From Mustelus asterias (taxonomy: Eukaryota): a DNA stretch of 64,000 bases. The stretch lies in contig NC_135824.1 of the NCBI RefSeq assembly GCF_964213995.1, forward strand, positions 7,378,001 through 7,442,000. The letters are read 5' to 3'. Each line of letters opens with the position of its first letter. The first letter of the stretch is position 1. Below, one piece after another: positions 11,690 through 24,929 of the stretch. The notes under the pieces are model-generated. The model ran no database searches and was not told where the DNA came from. It saw nothing but the letters and a program-made list of their open reading frames with translations. The translations under genes were made by a program, and so were the position numbers.

Positions 11690-12320
11690 TCAAAGCAAGA
11701 GGATTTGAGTATAGCAGTAGGGATGTCTTACTGCAGTTATTCAGGGCTTTGGTGAGGCCACACCTTGAGTATTGTGTGCAGTTTTGGCCTCTTAGTCTGA
11801 GGAAGGACATTCTTGCTATTGAGGGAGTCCAGCGAAGGTTCACCAGACTGATTCCTGGAATGGCAGGACTGACATATGAAGAGAGACTGGATCGACTGGG
11901 CTTGTACTCACTGGAATTTAGAAGAATGAGAGGGGAATCTCAGAGAAACATATAAAATCCTGATGGGACTGGACAGGCGAGATGCGGGAAGAACGTTCCC
12001 AATGTTGGAGAAGCCCAGAACTAGGGTTCACAGTCTAAGAATAAGGGGTAAGCCATTCAGGACTGAGATGAAGAAGAACTTCTTCACTCAGAGAGTTGTG
12101 AATCTGCGCAATTCTCTACCACAGAAAGCTGTTGGGGCCAGTTCATTAGATATGTCCAAGAGGGAGCTGTGTGTGACCCTTTTGGCTAAAGGGATCAAGG
12201 GGTATGGAGAGAAAGAGGGAGCGGGATACTGAAAGTGCATGGTCAGCCATGATCATATTGAATGCTGATACAGGCTTGAAGGCCCGAATGATCTACTCTT
12301 GTACCTATTTTTTATGTATC
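11690..12320 (+). mobile_element. CR1-like LINE 3' fragment
   Basis: RGFEYSSRDVLLQLFRALVRPHLEYCVQFW...VQRRFTRLIPG...FFTQRVVNL. Confidence 0.9.
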
Positions 12321-13096
12321 TCTGTTAAATATGGCACCCCCTTCAATTCTCAAGTTACCAACTATTTAGTCTCTCCATTCTTAAGCCTTCTGACTGAATC
12401 TCATTTTTGTGATTTTTGTTGTGCAGTGTCACTTGTCATGGCTTGATTATCCTGTGGTCTGTGAACCTTCCGTTATCCTTAGCTTTAAGTGGCTAAGAGA
12501 ACGAGTGTTTTCCGCTGACGCCCAGATACTCCCACTGCATCCTTCATTCTTTATTTAGATCAGCTTCCTGCTCCAATCCTCTTTGCTTCCTTCCTCTGCT
12601 AACTTACCATTTTTTTCTCTCTCTCTTTAACTCAAAATATCGCTCACTTGTTCTTGGTTGCAGCTCAGAACGTATCATTTTCATGACCAGGTCACTTTTA
12701 TATCTGCAGGTCGCCAGCACATTCCCCAACAGTGCCTGCAGACTGAGTTTTTTTGGTGTACATCTCCCATCCAAAACACTAGCTTCAGAGTTTTTAATTA
12801 AGCCTCTTGGATTTGTTACTAAGTCTCAGCCTGGGCATGTTGAGCTTCCATTTGAGGTTATTGAATTTGTTGCCTTGTTTCCAGCCGGCCTTACTGATCA
12901 CTTGCTGGTGCTTGTTTTATTTTGCTGCTGAGTTATCGGACTGAGATATCCTCGGGCCTGGGGATGTTGTGCTCTCTTCCTGAAACCTACTTGTAAATGA
13001 GTGGTGGTGGGTCGAGTTCCTCTCTGCATTGCAAGGATATGCTTTGTGTTGATGTATCGCCCACAGATCAATTTAATCCCTTTGCTGCCTGGAAAT

Positions 13097-13460
13097 AGGG
13101 GGAATTGATGGCCTAGTGGTATCATCGCTAATTTATTAATCCAGAAACTCAACTAATGTTCTGGGGACCTAGGTTCAAATCCTGCTGCGGCAGAGGGTGG
13201 ATTTTGAAATCAATTTTTAAAAATCTGGAATTAAGAATCTGCTGATGACCATGAAACCATTGTCAATTGTCGGGAAAAAACCCATCTGGTTCACTAATGT
13301 CCTTTAGAGAAGGAAATCTGCTGTCCTTACCTGGTCTGGCCTACATGTGACTATAGCAATGTGGTTGATTCTCAATTGACTCACCAAGGGCAACTAGGGA
13401 TGGGCAATAAATGCTGGCCCAGCCAGTGATGCCCATATCCCATGAATGAATTTTAAAAAT
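13097..13460 (+). mobile_element. tRNA-derived SINE family C (other copies/fragments at 3195-3270, 10890-11015, 13920-14165 -, 23650-24020 -, 57735-58050)
   Basis: A/B-box-like head (tggcctagtgg, ggttcaaatcc); recurring ccatctggttcactaatgtcctttag...ggcctacatgtgact...agggatgggcaataaatgctggcc. Confidence 0.75.
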
Positions 13461-14189
13461 CTCACTATTTTAGCTAACAACAACATTGTATTTAGCTGAG
13501 AAACAAGTTGACCCTTTAATCTGGTTAAATATTCCACAGCACTTGACAGGAGCATTATCAAACAAAATTTGCCAAAGCCACGTACAGAGGTATTAGCACA
13601 AATGACCAAAATCTTGATCAAAGAAGTAGATATTAAGGAGCATCTTAAAGAGAGGTAGGGGGACAGAAAACTTTAGGGAGGAATCTCCCACTCTGGGAGC
13701 TGAAGACGTGGCTGCCAATGGTGAAATGGCGAGATGTTCAAGAGGCCAGAATTAAATAAGCGCATTTTACAGCTGGAGGAGGTTACATAAACAGGGAGGA
13801 GTGAGGGGATGGGAAAGAAAGAATGGGAATTTCAAAATTTTACATTGTCAACCAGACCAGCAGCAAGTTAGGGCACTGGCAGCAGAGATTTGGATGCCTC
13901 AAGTCTAGGAAGGTGTTTTTTTAGTCATTTATGGGATGTGGGCGTCACTGGCTAGGCCAACATTTATTACCCATCCCTAATTGCCCTTGAACTGAGTGGC
14001 TTTCAGAGGGTTGTGGATCCAGTACCGCATGTAGGGACATTAGTGAACCAGATGGTCATCAGATCTTTTTATTGAATTCAAATTTCACCACCTACCATGG
14101 TGAGATTCGTACCTGGGTCTCTTGATTACTAGCCCAGTGACAATAGCACTTCACCACTGCCTTCTTGGTAAAAAAATGTTTAAAACATT

Positions 14190-14495
14190 TTTTAAAGTTT
14201 ATTTATTTGTGTCACAAGTAGGCTTATATTAACACTGCAATGAAGTTACTATGAAAATCCCCTAGTCGCCACATCCCAGCGCCTGTTTGAGTACACTGAG
14301 GGAGAATTTAGCATGGTCATTGCACCTGACCAGCATGTCTTTTGGACCGTGGGAGGAAACTGGAGCATTCAGAGGAAGCCTATGCAGACATGGGGAGAAC
14401 GTGCAGATTCCACACAGACAGTCACCCAAGCCGGGAATCAAACCCATGTTCCTGGCTCTGTGAGGCAGCAGTGCTAACCACTGTTCCACTGTGTG
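14190..14495 (-). mobile_element. V-SINE type B
   Basis: Homology to 6674-6975. Confidence 0.85.
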
Positions 14496-15324
14496 TCAAT
14501 TCTGGTATGTAAACTAAGACAACAAGTACCTTTGGGACATTGAGTATATTGTAATTTTGACCCCAGGTCTGTGTCTGATTTCAATCCAGGCAGCGCTGAT
14601 GTCTCTACAGTTGGATTCATCAGCTGAGACTAGGAAGAGAAAATGCAATTAGGGTTATCATTGCTGCCTGGTATTATCATTGCGGCCTGATGTCCAGTGA
14701 TTCCTAGTACCCAACAAGGACAAACATCAACTTGAATGTCAAATATACTGCAAATATAGCAAATATAATTACTTTATAGAAAAATTATAGACCGGGGATT
14801 TTGGTCACAACAGAATGACCAATAACTTTAGGATAGATCAATAGGAATTGATCGGTATACATCTGATTACTTACTCTACATAACATACATTAATTAGACA
14901 TATCTATGACACATTTCCCTGATTTGCAAATGCATTAAATTGCATGATTTAGTACTGAGCTATATCCACTAGGAAGTCTGCAATTTGATCCACAATTTGT
15001 GTTGAGTTCATTGAACTCATCTTGGCAGCAGCTAAGATATTGTAATGAACTTCCATGGCCACAGCTAGAGATGATCCAAATCACCTTGAGTTCCTGTGCC
15101 TGAACGCCACATTGACTGTGTACGTATGTATATGGATTTTGTATCAATATAGGGCCAGGCTCAGCATCCCCATAGCCAAATAGGCTGACAATGCACTCCA
15201 GTCAAGGCCATACATGCAAATTGGTCACTCGTTTGAGGTATTAAAGGGCTGTTGAAACTGGGGCAATTATTACCAAATGATTGATTGCCTCCTGGAATGG
15301 CAGGGAGAAAGCATGAAGAGATAT

Positions 15325-15890
15325 ACATACAGATAGGAGCAGGAGGAGGCCATTTGGCCCTTCGAGCCTGCTCCACCATTCATCCCGATCATGGCTGATC
15401 GTCCAACTCAATAGCCTAATCTTGCTTTCTCCCCATAACTTTTGATCCCCATTCGCCGCAAATGTTATATCTAACCGCCCCTTGAATACATTCAATGTTT
15501 TGGCATCAACTACTTCCTGTGGTAATGAATTCCACAGGCTCACAACTCTTTGGGCGAAGAAATGTCTCCTCACCGCTGTCCTAAATGGTCTACCCCGAAT
15601 CCTCAGACTGTGACCCCTGGTTCTGGACTCCCCCACCATTGGGAACATCCTCCCTGCATCTACCCTGTCTGGTCCTTTTAGAATTTTATAAGTCTCTATG
15701 AGATGCGCCCCCCCCCCCCCCCACCCCTCATTCATCTGAACTCTAGCAAAAACAATCCTAACCTAGTCAATCTCTCCTCATACATTAGTCCCACCATCCC
15801 CGGAATCAGCCTGGTAAACCTTCGCTGCAGTCCCTCGAGAGCAAGAACATCCTTTTTCAGAAAAGGAGACCAAAACTGCACACAATACTC
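15325..15890 (-). mobile_element. CR1-like LINE 3' fragment
   Basis: LIETYKILKGPDRVDAGRMFPMVGESRTRGHSLRIRG...FFAQRVVSLWNSLPQ. Confidence 0.9.
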
Positions 15891-17329
15891 TGCAAGAATC
15901 TACTGTCCTCAGCTCTGCAATGTGAAATGCATTATCTAATCACAGCTACATGTTTGCTGTCACATAGCAGCAGAGTTGGCAACATTTGTGATGCTGTTAG
16001 TAATTTAGCCCTATTGCTTTAATAGTGCACCAATAAACTGCATTAAAGATATTGTGCAAAATCAAGAAATTGTTATTACACGCATGCAATGTGTCAAATT
16101 TCATTCATTAATCAAACTGCCTTGGCTTAGTTCCAACCTATTGCGCTCTTGTGTAACTATTATTGCTTAAGTACTTGGAAAGATATCCATGAGGAGCAGT
16201 GTTGCATTACAAGCCCATGATTACCCATTAGGTTCCTGCAGGAGCATTGCTGAACCAAAGGAATAGAGAACAAGGTACAGAGAATCACAACCAAGCCTGT
16301 TTCTGGCCTCAGCCACCTGCAGTATATCTGCAGGAGTCAGTGGGGAGTAATGCAGGATGGGACCGCTTGCCCCAGTTGGAGGTAACACTCCTATTGCTCC
16401 AGTCACACTACTTTACAAAGAATTAGGGCTGCCTTTTACACGCCTGCTGGGAGTATTTTCGGCAGGGGGTTGGGGAGGTGGGTGCGTAAAATAATCCGAA
16501 TGTCCAACCCACCACCTCTGAGCTCACCCCCTAACACTGGGGGTGGGTGAGTGCGCCCTGAAATTGGCCACCCTTTATCATATTTAAATAGCTAATCAAA
16601 GGTCGATTAGGCTTGTTACCGAGCCAATTGACCCAGATAATGCCCATGCCATTAAACACTTGGGATGGGCAGTCACTGGGATTGGGCAGCCTGATTTTTA
16701 AAAATAATCTTTTCAAAAGGTGGGAAAAAAAGGTGAGGTTCTAACTTTGGGGGTCACTCTTTGATGATTGGGTGTTGCCCCCTATCCCCACCAACCCCCA
16801 AATCCCCCAACCCATAGCCATATGATGGCACCCTCCTTTTCTTCCCATGGGCCTGCAGTTTTAAACCCACAACCCCACCCTTCTCTCTGACCTGCCCAAA
16901 CCCTCCCTTCCCAAGATTCCAGACTTACCTCTCTCTGAGGATCCATGGCCATCCTTCCTCCTCCTCGTGGATTGGCCAGCAGCTCCTGAATTTGGGACTT
17001 CCTCCACAGTGAGGGGCGGAAGTCCCACTCGGCCCCTGTTTAGGCTGTCTGCAGCACTGTATGGCTGCATAGGGGGGTTGGCATGGAGTGGGTTGGCCTT
17101 ACACCGATTTTGCTTCACCGAAAAGCCACCTCTCCACCCAAGTAAACCATGAAATAAACATTTCTAATACACACTGACTAGTGGTTGCAATCACATTTGT
17201 ACCTATTCAGACCAAATTGATCGATCTAATTCTTACCTGTCTTCTACCTGATGGCCGGGGCTTTCCAAATCATGTGCTTACCTGTCTGTGATTTCTGTTC
17301 CTTAGCAGGGATATTTAGAAAATCATAAT

Positions 17330-18540
17330 CAAGCATAATCAATATGGTTTTATGGGAGGAAATTGTATTTGGCAACATTTATTGGAGTTCTTTGAGGATG
17401 TAACAAGCAGGATGGGTAAAGGGGAACAAATAGATGTAATGTATTTGGCTTTCAAGAAGGTGCCACAGGTTGCTGCACAAAAATAAGTGATCACGATGGG
17501 GCAATATACTAGCATGGGTTGAGAATGGGTTAACTAACAGGAGACAGAGACATGGGAAAAATGGGCTATTTTCAGGTTGGCAAACTGAAACCAATGGGAT
17601 ATCACAGGGATCAGTTCTGGGGCTTCAGATAATTACAATCCATACTAATGGCTTGGACGAAATGTTTTGCAGCCAAATTTGCTGACAGTTGGAAAAGCAA
17701 GCTGTGAGGATGTCACAAAGTGTCTGCAAAGATAGGTTAAGTGAATGGGCAAAAATTGGACAGATGGGGTATAATGTGGGAAAATGTGTGGTAATGTACT
17801 TTGGTAGGAAGAACAGAAAAATAGCATGTTATTGAATTGGAGAGAGACTTCAGAATGCTATAGGACAATGTGATCTGGGTGTCTTTCTATATGAATCACA
17901 AGAAGTTAGTATGCAGGTACAAGTAATTAGAAAGGCAAGTGGAATGTTAGCCTTTATTGCAAGATGGTTGGAGTACAAGAGTAGATAGGTCTTACTCCAA
18001 CTGTACAGGGTGTGAGTAAAATTGCCCTGAAGTACAGTTTTTGGGTCTCCTTGTTTAAGGAAGGATATACTTGCCTTGGAGACCAAAACATCTACTGTTA
18101 GTTCTGATTCCACAAATGGACAGCAATTGTTGAACAATCCTGAGTGTGCTAATAGCTACACTAACAACCAATTTAAGATAATCAGTCGAGCTCATATTGT
18201 GGCTCATTTGGGTAGGTTCACTCGGTTGATTCCTGTTGTCTTATGAAGAAATATTGAACAGGTTTGACCTTTACTCATTGAATTGGGAAGAGTGAGTAGT
18301 AATCTGACTAAAACACAGAAGATTCTAAGGGGGCTTGACATGGTAAAGGCTGGGAAGACGCTCCAACATCCATCGTATTTTACTTTTATTTTAGTAAATG
18401 CTAAGAGGATGTTTTCCCTCATGGGGGAATCTAGAACTAGAGAGCACAAGGGTCTAAGACTGAGATGACGTGGGACTTCTCTCTGAGGCTCATTTGTCTG
18501 GAATTCTCTACTCCAGGGATCAATGGAGGTGTGTATTGAA
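17330..18540 (+). mobile_element. Old, degenerate CR1-like RT fragment
   Basis: Remnants of QHGF/CLTNLLEFFE/DVMYL/QGSVLG motifs with many indels. Confidence 0.75.
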
Positions 18541-19019
18541 GATATTTCAATCTCTTTAATCTGGGATTTTTCTGTGAAACAATTAATAAACTAAAGTTTA
18601 AATCTATCTTTAGAGCCCTTTAAGGGTTAATATGTGTGTAATATTCCAGGTATGTGTCCCACTTATTACATGTATCATCCTGTGCATACGTTATGCAGCA
18701 GTCTGGACTTGCTAAGGATATTTCTCAAATTCCGTCACTAAACAGAGCCATATCTACCTGTAACAGTCTGTTATTTTCAGAAAGAATGTATATATTTTGC
18801 TCTAGTTTTCTCCTCTCATTTCAACCCGATTTTTCTTTTTTATTTTCTATTTTGTTTTCTCTTTTCCAATGCTAACAGTTGCATAATTCCAAAATGTTTT
18901 TGTTCTTTTTAATTTCAGCTTTTTAGCTTTTGGAAACAAACTCTGTCCACATGGCAGGGAATACCTACCAATGATACAGGGCTCGAAAGAGATTGGAGTG
19001 TTGTGATATCAGCCATCTT

Positions 19020-20330
19020 CATGTTCTGCTCCCTGTACTCACTCAAACCTATCTCGCTCTAAACTTGCTGCACTCCATTCTCTCAGGTCTAAGCCTGATG
19101 TTGTTATGAAACTTGCTGCCAAGGGAGGGGCCGTCGTTGTCTGGCATGCCAACCTCTACCCTGCAGAGGCTGAGTGCCAATACTCAGCCATTTCTTTGAT
19201 TCGATTTGATTTGATTTGATTTATTATTGTCACATGTATTGACACACAGTGAAAAGTATTGTTTCTTATGCGCTATACAGACAAAACATACTGTTCATAG
19301 AGAAGGAAACGAGAGAGTGCAGAATGTAGTGTTAGTCATAGCTAGGCTCTAGAGAAAGATCAACTTAATCTGTGCCAAATCTGTAAGAAATTGCATTCAA
19401 GCATTGTTAGAGAGTTTAAAAGAGTTAGAATGACGTTTTAGAAGCATAGAACGAGAATAAAAGATAGAATTAGAAGGTATGCTGGGCACAGCTTGCAAGA
19501 AGTCACCTCGCTCTGGTGCCACCTTGGAATGGAATCATCTTCCTCCCTCCCCCAAGTCCACGAGCCCACCACCAAACACCAAGCCATTGTTTCCAAGACT
19601 GTCACTGACTTCACTTCATCTGGAGATCCTGTCTCCTCAACTTCTTACCTTATGATACCCCAATTCTGAATATCTATCTTCCATCTACTTCCCAAAATCC
19701 ATTAGCAGGACTGTCCTGGTAAGCCCATCATTTCAGCCTGTGGCTCCCCAACTGAGCTTATTTCTTCCAATCTTGACTCTTTCTTCCCTTGTCCATTCTC
19801 CTTTCACTTACATTTGTGGTTCTTCTAATGCCCAAAGTCACCTCAACAATTTCCAGTTTCCTGGCCCTAACCACATCCTTCTCACCGAGGACGTCAAATC
19901 TCTCTACTCCTCTACTCCCCCATCAGGATTATCTGAGGGCACTCTGCTTTTTCCCAGCTACAACCAGCCACCTCCAGGGCCAGGAAGATAGATCACCTAC
20001 CCTGATGCTTCTCCTGTTTCTGGGCCCCTTATTCCCAACCCCCAATGGAACTTTAACCCTCCACCAACCCTGCCAATCATGTATGATATAATTTTATTTC
20101 CTCTTTCAAGATTCACCAATCAAATCACCAAACAATCCAGAAAGGGCCAAGTAAGATGATAACGCCCATTATTGGCACTTGGTTACAAATATCACCATTG
20201 ACAAATGGTCATCTGGATTCGAAACGTCAGCTCTTTTCTCTCCTTACAGATGCTGCTAGACCTGCTGAGATTTTCCAACATTTTCTCTTTTGGTTTCAGA
20301 TTCCAGCATCCGCAGTCATTTGCTTCTTTA
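19020..20330 (+). mobile_element. Penelope-like element family B, degenerate and interrupted, with terminal segment at ~20195-20330
   Basis: LAALHSLRSKPDVVMKLAAKGGAVVVWHANLY (PLE KPADKG motif), PKIH..PG.PIIS and DVKSLYS motifs. A Rex-like tail is inserted at 19195-19368. Confidence 0.75.
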
Positions 20331-20885
20331 CAAACATCACCTGATATATATTCAGTACAGGCCATTGATATTAAGAGCGGCAACAATATAATGCAGTGTT
20401 AGTTTGGGTGCGTCTTATAGGTGTGATCTCATCGCAACTATTAAACAGGGCAGAGAGTACAAATTTAACTTTAACAGCATCGTGCAATGTTGTTAATTTG
20501 ACGGGAAAATATCCCATTAGTTATTTATAACACTGTGCAAATGGTAACACTGATTTGGGTGAATACCTCATTAACATTCAGCTCATTGCTCCATATGGAC
20601 AGAGTGACAGTAAATTCACATTTCGGGAATGATTCAGTTCTTGCAACCTAGCTAAACTTCCAGCAGCAACAATGATTCAGCTATGATTCCACCTCTGTTC
20701 GCAAGATAAATATGGACGGCAAAGGCATTTGGGCCAGCTCATCTCATCCATCCAGAAGGACATGTAAACATACATATGAGGAGGAGTAGGCCATTCAGCC
20801 CATCAAGTCTGCTCCTCCATTCGATGAGATTGTCGACATTGCACCAGTGATTATAACTCTAATTGGCTGCAAAATGATTGATGGC

Positions 20886-21122
20886 ATCTGAAATAAATCA
20901 GCAGAGGCAGTATCCCTTCACCAGATTCCCTTTTATTCACAAGCTCTATCAAAGTTCATAGAGTGTTACAAGTTCTGAGTCAGCATCCAGAGCGCTAGGA
21001 GACCTGACACTTCCAGTTATATATACAACAAAGGTCACCTGGTAGGATAAGGAATAAAGAACTCAATCAGGGAGCTCATATTCTAAGAGGCCAACCTCGA
21101 AGACCTCATTGAAGTCATTACA
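20886..21122 (-). mobile_element. Solo-LTR-like repeat (paralog of 1738-1965)
   Basis: Shared blocks with 1738-1965; TATATA and AATAAA on the minus strand; TG start. Confidence 0.5.
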
Positions 21123-21191
21123 ACGTCGTGAATATTATTGTAGCTTTTGTTTTTCCTTCATTACATTTTTTCCTTCATTTCCTTCATTACA

Positions 21192-22602
21192 AGCCGGATG
21201 ATTGGAGGGTGGCTCATGTTGTTCCGTTGTTTAAAAAAGGTTCCAAAAGAAATCCGGGAAATTATAGGCCAGTAAGTTTGACGTCGGTGGTGGGCAAGTT
21301 ATTGGAAGGTGTGATAAAGGATAGGATCTACAAATATTTGGATAGACAGGGACTTATTAGGGAGAGTCAACATGGCTTTGTGCGTGGTAGGTCATGTTTG
21401 ACCAATCTATTAGAGTTTTTTGAGGAGGTTACCAGGAAAGTGGATGAAGGGAAGGCGGTGGATGTTGTCTACCTGAATTTCAGCAAGGCCTTTGACAAGG
21501 TCCCTCATGGGAGGTTAGTTAGGAAGGTTCAGTCACTAGGTATACATGGGGAGGTAGTAAATTGGATTAGACACTGGCTCAATGGAAGAAGCCAGAGAGT
21601 GGTTGTGGAGGAGTGCTTCTCTGAGTGGAGGCCTGTGACTAGTGGTGTGCCGCAGGGATCGGTGTTGGGTCCATTGTCGTTTGTCAACTATATCAATGAT
21701 CTGGATGATAATGCGGTAAATTGGATCAGCAGGTTTGCTGATGATACAAAGATTGGTGGTGTAGTGGACAGTAAGGAAGGTTTTCAAAGCTTGCAGAGGG
21801 ATTTGGACCAACTAGAAAAATGGGCTAAATAATGGCAAATGTAATTTAACGCAGACAAGTGTGAGATATTGCACATTGGAAGGACAAACCAAAGTAGAAC
21901 GTACAGGGTAAATGGTAGGACTCTGAAGAGTGCAGTTGAACAGAGGGATCTGGGAATACAGGTACAGAATTCCCTAAAAGTGACGTCACAGGTGGATAGG
22001 GTCGTAAAGAGTGCCTTTGGTACATTGGCCTTTATAAATCGGAGTATCGAGTATAAAAGTTGGAGTGTTATGGTAAGGTTATATAAGGCATTGGTGGGGC
22101 CGAATTTGGAGTATTGTGTACAGTTTTGGTCACCTATTTACAGGAAGGATGTAAATAAGGTTGAAAGAGTGCAGAGAAGGTTCACAAGGATGTTGCCGGG
22201 ACTTGAGAAGCTGAGGGGAGATTTGATAGAGGTGTACAAGATTTTGATGGGTATAGATAGATAGAGTGAATGCAAGCAGGCTTTTTCCGCTGAGGCTAGG
22301 GGAGAAGAAAACCAGAGGGCATGGGTTAAGGGTGAAAGGAGAAAAGTTTAAAGGGAATATTAGGGGGGGCTTCTTCACGCAGAGAGTGGTGGGAGTGTGG
22401 AATGCGCTGCTGGATAAAGTGGTAAATGCGGGGTCACTTTTAACATTTAAGAAAAACTTGGACGGGTTCATGGATGAGAGGGGTGTGGAGGGATATGGTC
22501 CAAGTGCAGGTCAGTGGGACTAGGCAAAAAATGGTTCTGCACAGACAAGTCGGGCCAAAAGGCCTGTTTCTGAGCTGTAATTTTCTATGGTTCTATGGTT
22601 CT
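21192..22602 (+). mobile_element. CR1/HER1-like LINE, 5'-truncated, RT domain largely readable
   Basis: PDDWRVAHVVPLFKKG..NYRPVSLTS..QHGF..FSKAFDKV..SGVPQGSVLGP..FADD; stops at ~21830; (TTCTATGG)n tail. Confidence 0.95.
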
Positions 22603-23249
22603 ACATCTGCCAGCAGTAGTTAGAGTGACTGTAGTGATGGTGAAATTGGAGGCCCAATGCTGAATCTTTAAGGATAATTACTCACGTTAGGAAAGTGGCT
22701 ACAAAGAAATCACCATATTTTCTGTAGCTAATACAACCGTACCATTCTGAATTCTTTGGGGCCAGTCCACAGTTGTACAGTTCTGTTGTACACTGTCCAC
22801 AGATTTCATATGATGTTGCATTACATTTGAATGAGATAAATGTGTAAATAGTACTTGAAAAAACATCTAATTGCTGTTGAGGTGTGAGAGAATCAAACAA
22901 ATTAAATGGAAAAATGTAATTATAAATAAGAAACTCCAACAGCAAAAAATGTGTGACAGCAAAATTCTAAGAGAAGTACTCAAATCATAGAATTGTGTTT
23001 CTATGAAGGCCCTTTGTGGGAAAAGCCCTTTATGGCATTTCTCTGGGATTTCAATTGATTTTCTTTGTCAAAGTCACAGTGGATAATCAGGAATCCTCAT
23101 CTCCAGAGAAAGTTTAATCCCACAGTGTGACCACATTCTGCTAGATTTTAAATAGGATGGTGCAGAGTTGGGTGAACCGAGGATAGAGTAGAGATTCGTG
23201 AAACATTTCTTTAGCAATCTCTTAGTGACAAATGTGGATTTCAGGCTTT

Positions 23250-23552
23250 TTAAGATTTACTTATTATTTATTCGTCGCAAGTAGGCTTACATTCACAGTT
23301 GCTGTGAAAATCCCCTAGTCGTCACAGTCCGGCGCCTGTTCGGGTACACTGAGCGGGAATGTATCATGACCAATTCACCTAACCTGCACATCTTTGGACT
23401 GTGGGGGGAAACCGGAGCTCCCGGAGGAAACCCGCACTGACAAAGGGAGAATGTGCAAACTCCACACAGACAGTGACCCAAGCCGGGAATCGAACCTGGG
23501 TCCCTGGCGTTGTGAGGCAGCAGTGCCTCAGCATTGTGCCACCATGTCGCCC
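23250..23552 (-). mobile_element. V-SINE type B
   Basis: Homology to 6674-6975. Confidence 0.85.
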
Positions 23553-24084
23553 ATCGTACTAAAGTATTGAAATGGATGATAGTGAGTCAACACCCTGTTT
23601 ACATCATTCACAGTTTCTAATTTCTTACGTTTATTTTGATGAGGACAAGATTTTTAAAAATTCATTCGTGGGACACGGGCGTCACTGGCTGGCCAGCATT
23701 TATTGCCCATCCCTAGTTTCCCAAAATCTGTTGAGAATCAACCACATTGCTGTGGCTCTGGAGTCACATGTAGGCCAGACCAGGTAAGAACAGCAGATTT
23801 CCTTCCCTAAAGGACATTAATGAACCAGATGGATTTTTCCGACAATCGACAATGGTTTCATGGTCGTCAGTAGATTCTTAATTCCAGACTTTGTTTTATT
23901 GAACTCAAATTCCACCATCTGCCATGGCAGGATTTGAACCCGGGTCCCCAGAACATTAGTTGAGTTTCTGGATTAATAGTCTAGCAATAATACCATAATC
24001 TCACTAAGCCATTGCCTCTCCTTGAATGGAAAAGATTCTCAAAACATCAACACAAAATTTAATCAGAATTGTGTCTATGTTACG

Positions 24085-24250
24085 GCACAATGAATATTTA
24101 GATTGCTAGGGAATTAAGGGTTATGGGGAGCGGGCAGGTAAGTGGAACTAAACCACTATCAGATCAGCCATGATCTTATTGAATGGCGGGGCAGGCTCGA
24201 GGGGCTCGATGACCTACTCCTGCTCCTATTTCTTATGTTCTTATGTTCTT
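24085..24250 (+). mobile_element. CR1-like LINE 3' tail
   Basis: gatcagccatgatcttattgaatggcggggcaggctcgagggg...(ttcttatg)n. Confidence 0.75.
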
Positions 24251-24641
24251 AATTATGTATGTGTTTAAATTCAAAACAGAATTTTGAGAAGTGTATAGTT
24301 TTTAATTTTGTGGTACTGGATCTTAAAAGTCACCCCTTCTCCAACCCCACACCCCCTCCACCCGACCGCCAACCCCATAACCAACCTCCCCACAAACAGC
24401 CCATCTCCCCCTCCAGTTCCCCTACAATCTTCCCCAATCCTCCCTCTAACCTCCCCCCCCCCCCCCCCCCCCCCCCACCAACTCTCCCTCCATCTTCCTT
24501 CCAACTCTCCCCAACCTCCCTATCAAGTTCCAGTCCTACTCAGGACCCTCCCACAACTCTTTTTCCAGCACATCGATGGCTATTGGTGCTGCTCCCTACT
24601 CACAGCCAGTGTGGGAGAAATCCATCAATTTTGCTTCCAAT

Positions 24642-24922
24642 GGGCAGCACGGTGGCACTGCTGCCCCACAGCAGTGGGTTTGATTCCTGGCTTGGGTCAC
24701 TGTCTGGGGTCTGCACGTTTTCCCCGTGTCTGCATGGATTTCCTCCGGCTGCTCCGGTTTCCTCCCACAGCCTGAGAGATGTGCTGGTTAGATGCATTGG
24801 CTGTGCTAAATTCTCCCTCCGTGTACCCGAACAGGCACCGGAGTGTGGTGACTAGGGAATTTTCACAGTAACTTCACTGCAGTGTTAACGTAAGCCTGCT
24901 TGTGACACTAATGAATAAACTT
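24642..24922 (+). mobile_element. V-SINE type B with internal deletions
   Basis: Homology to 6674-6975. Confidence 0.8.
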
Positions 24923-24929
24923 AAACAAT

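Noticed and set aside
24259-24855. 198-aa proline-rich ORF
   Set aside because: C-rich low-complexity tract running into a SINE.
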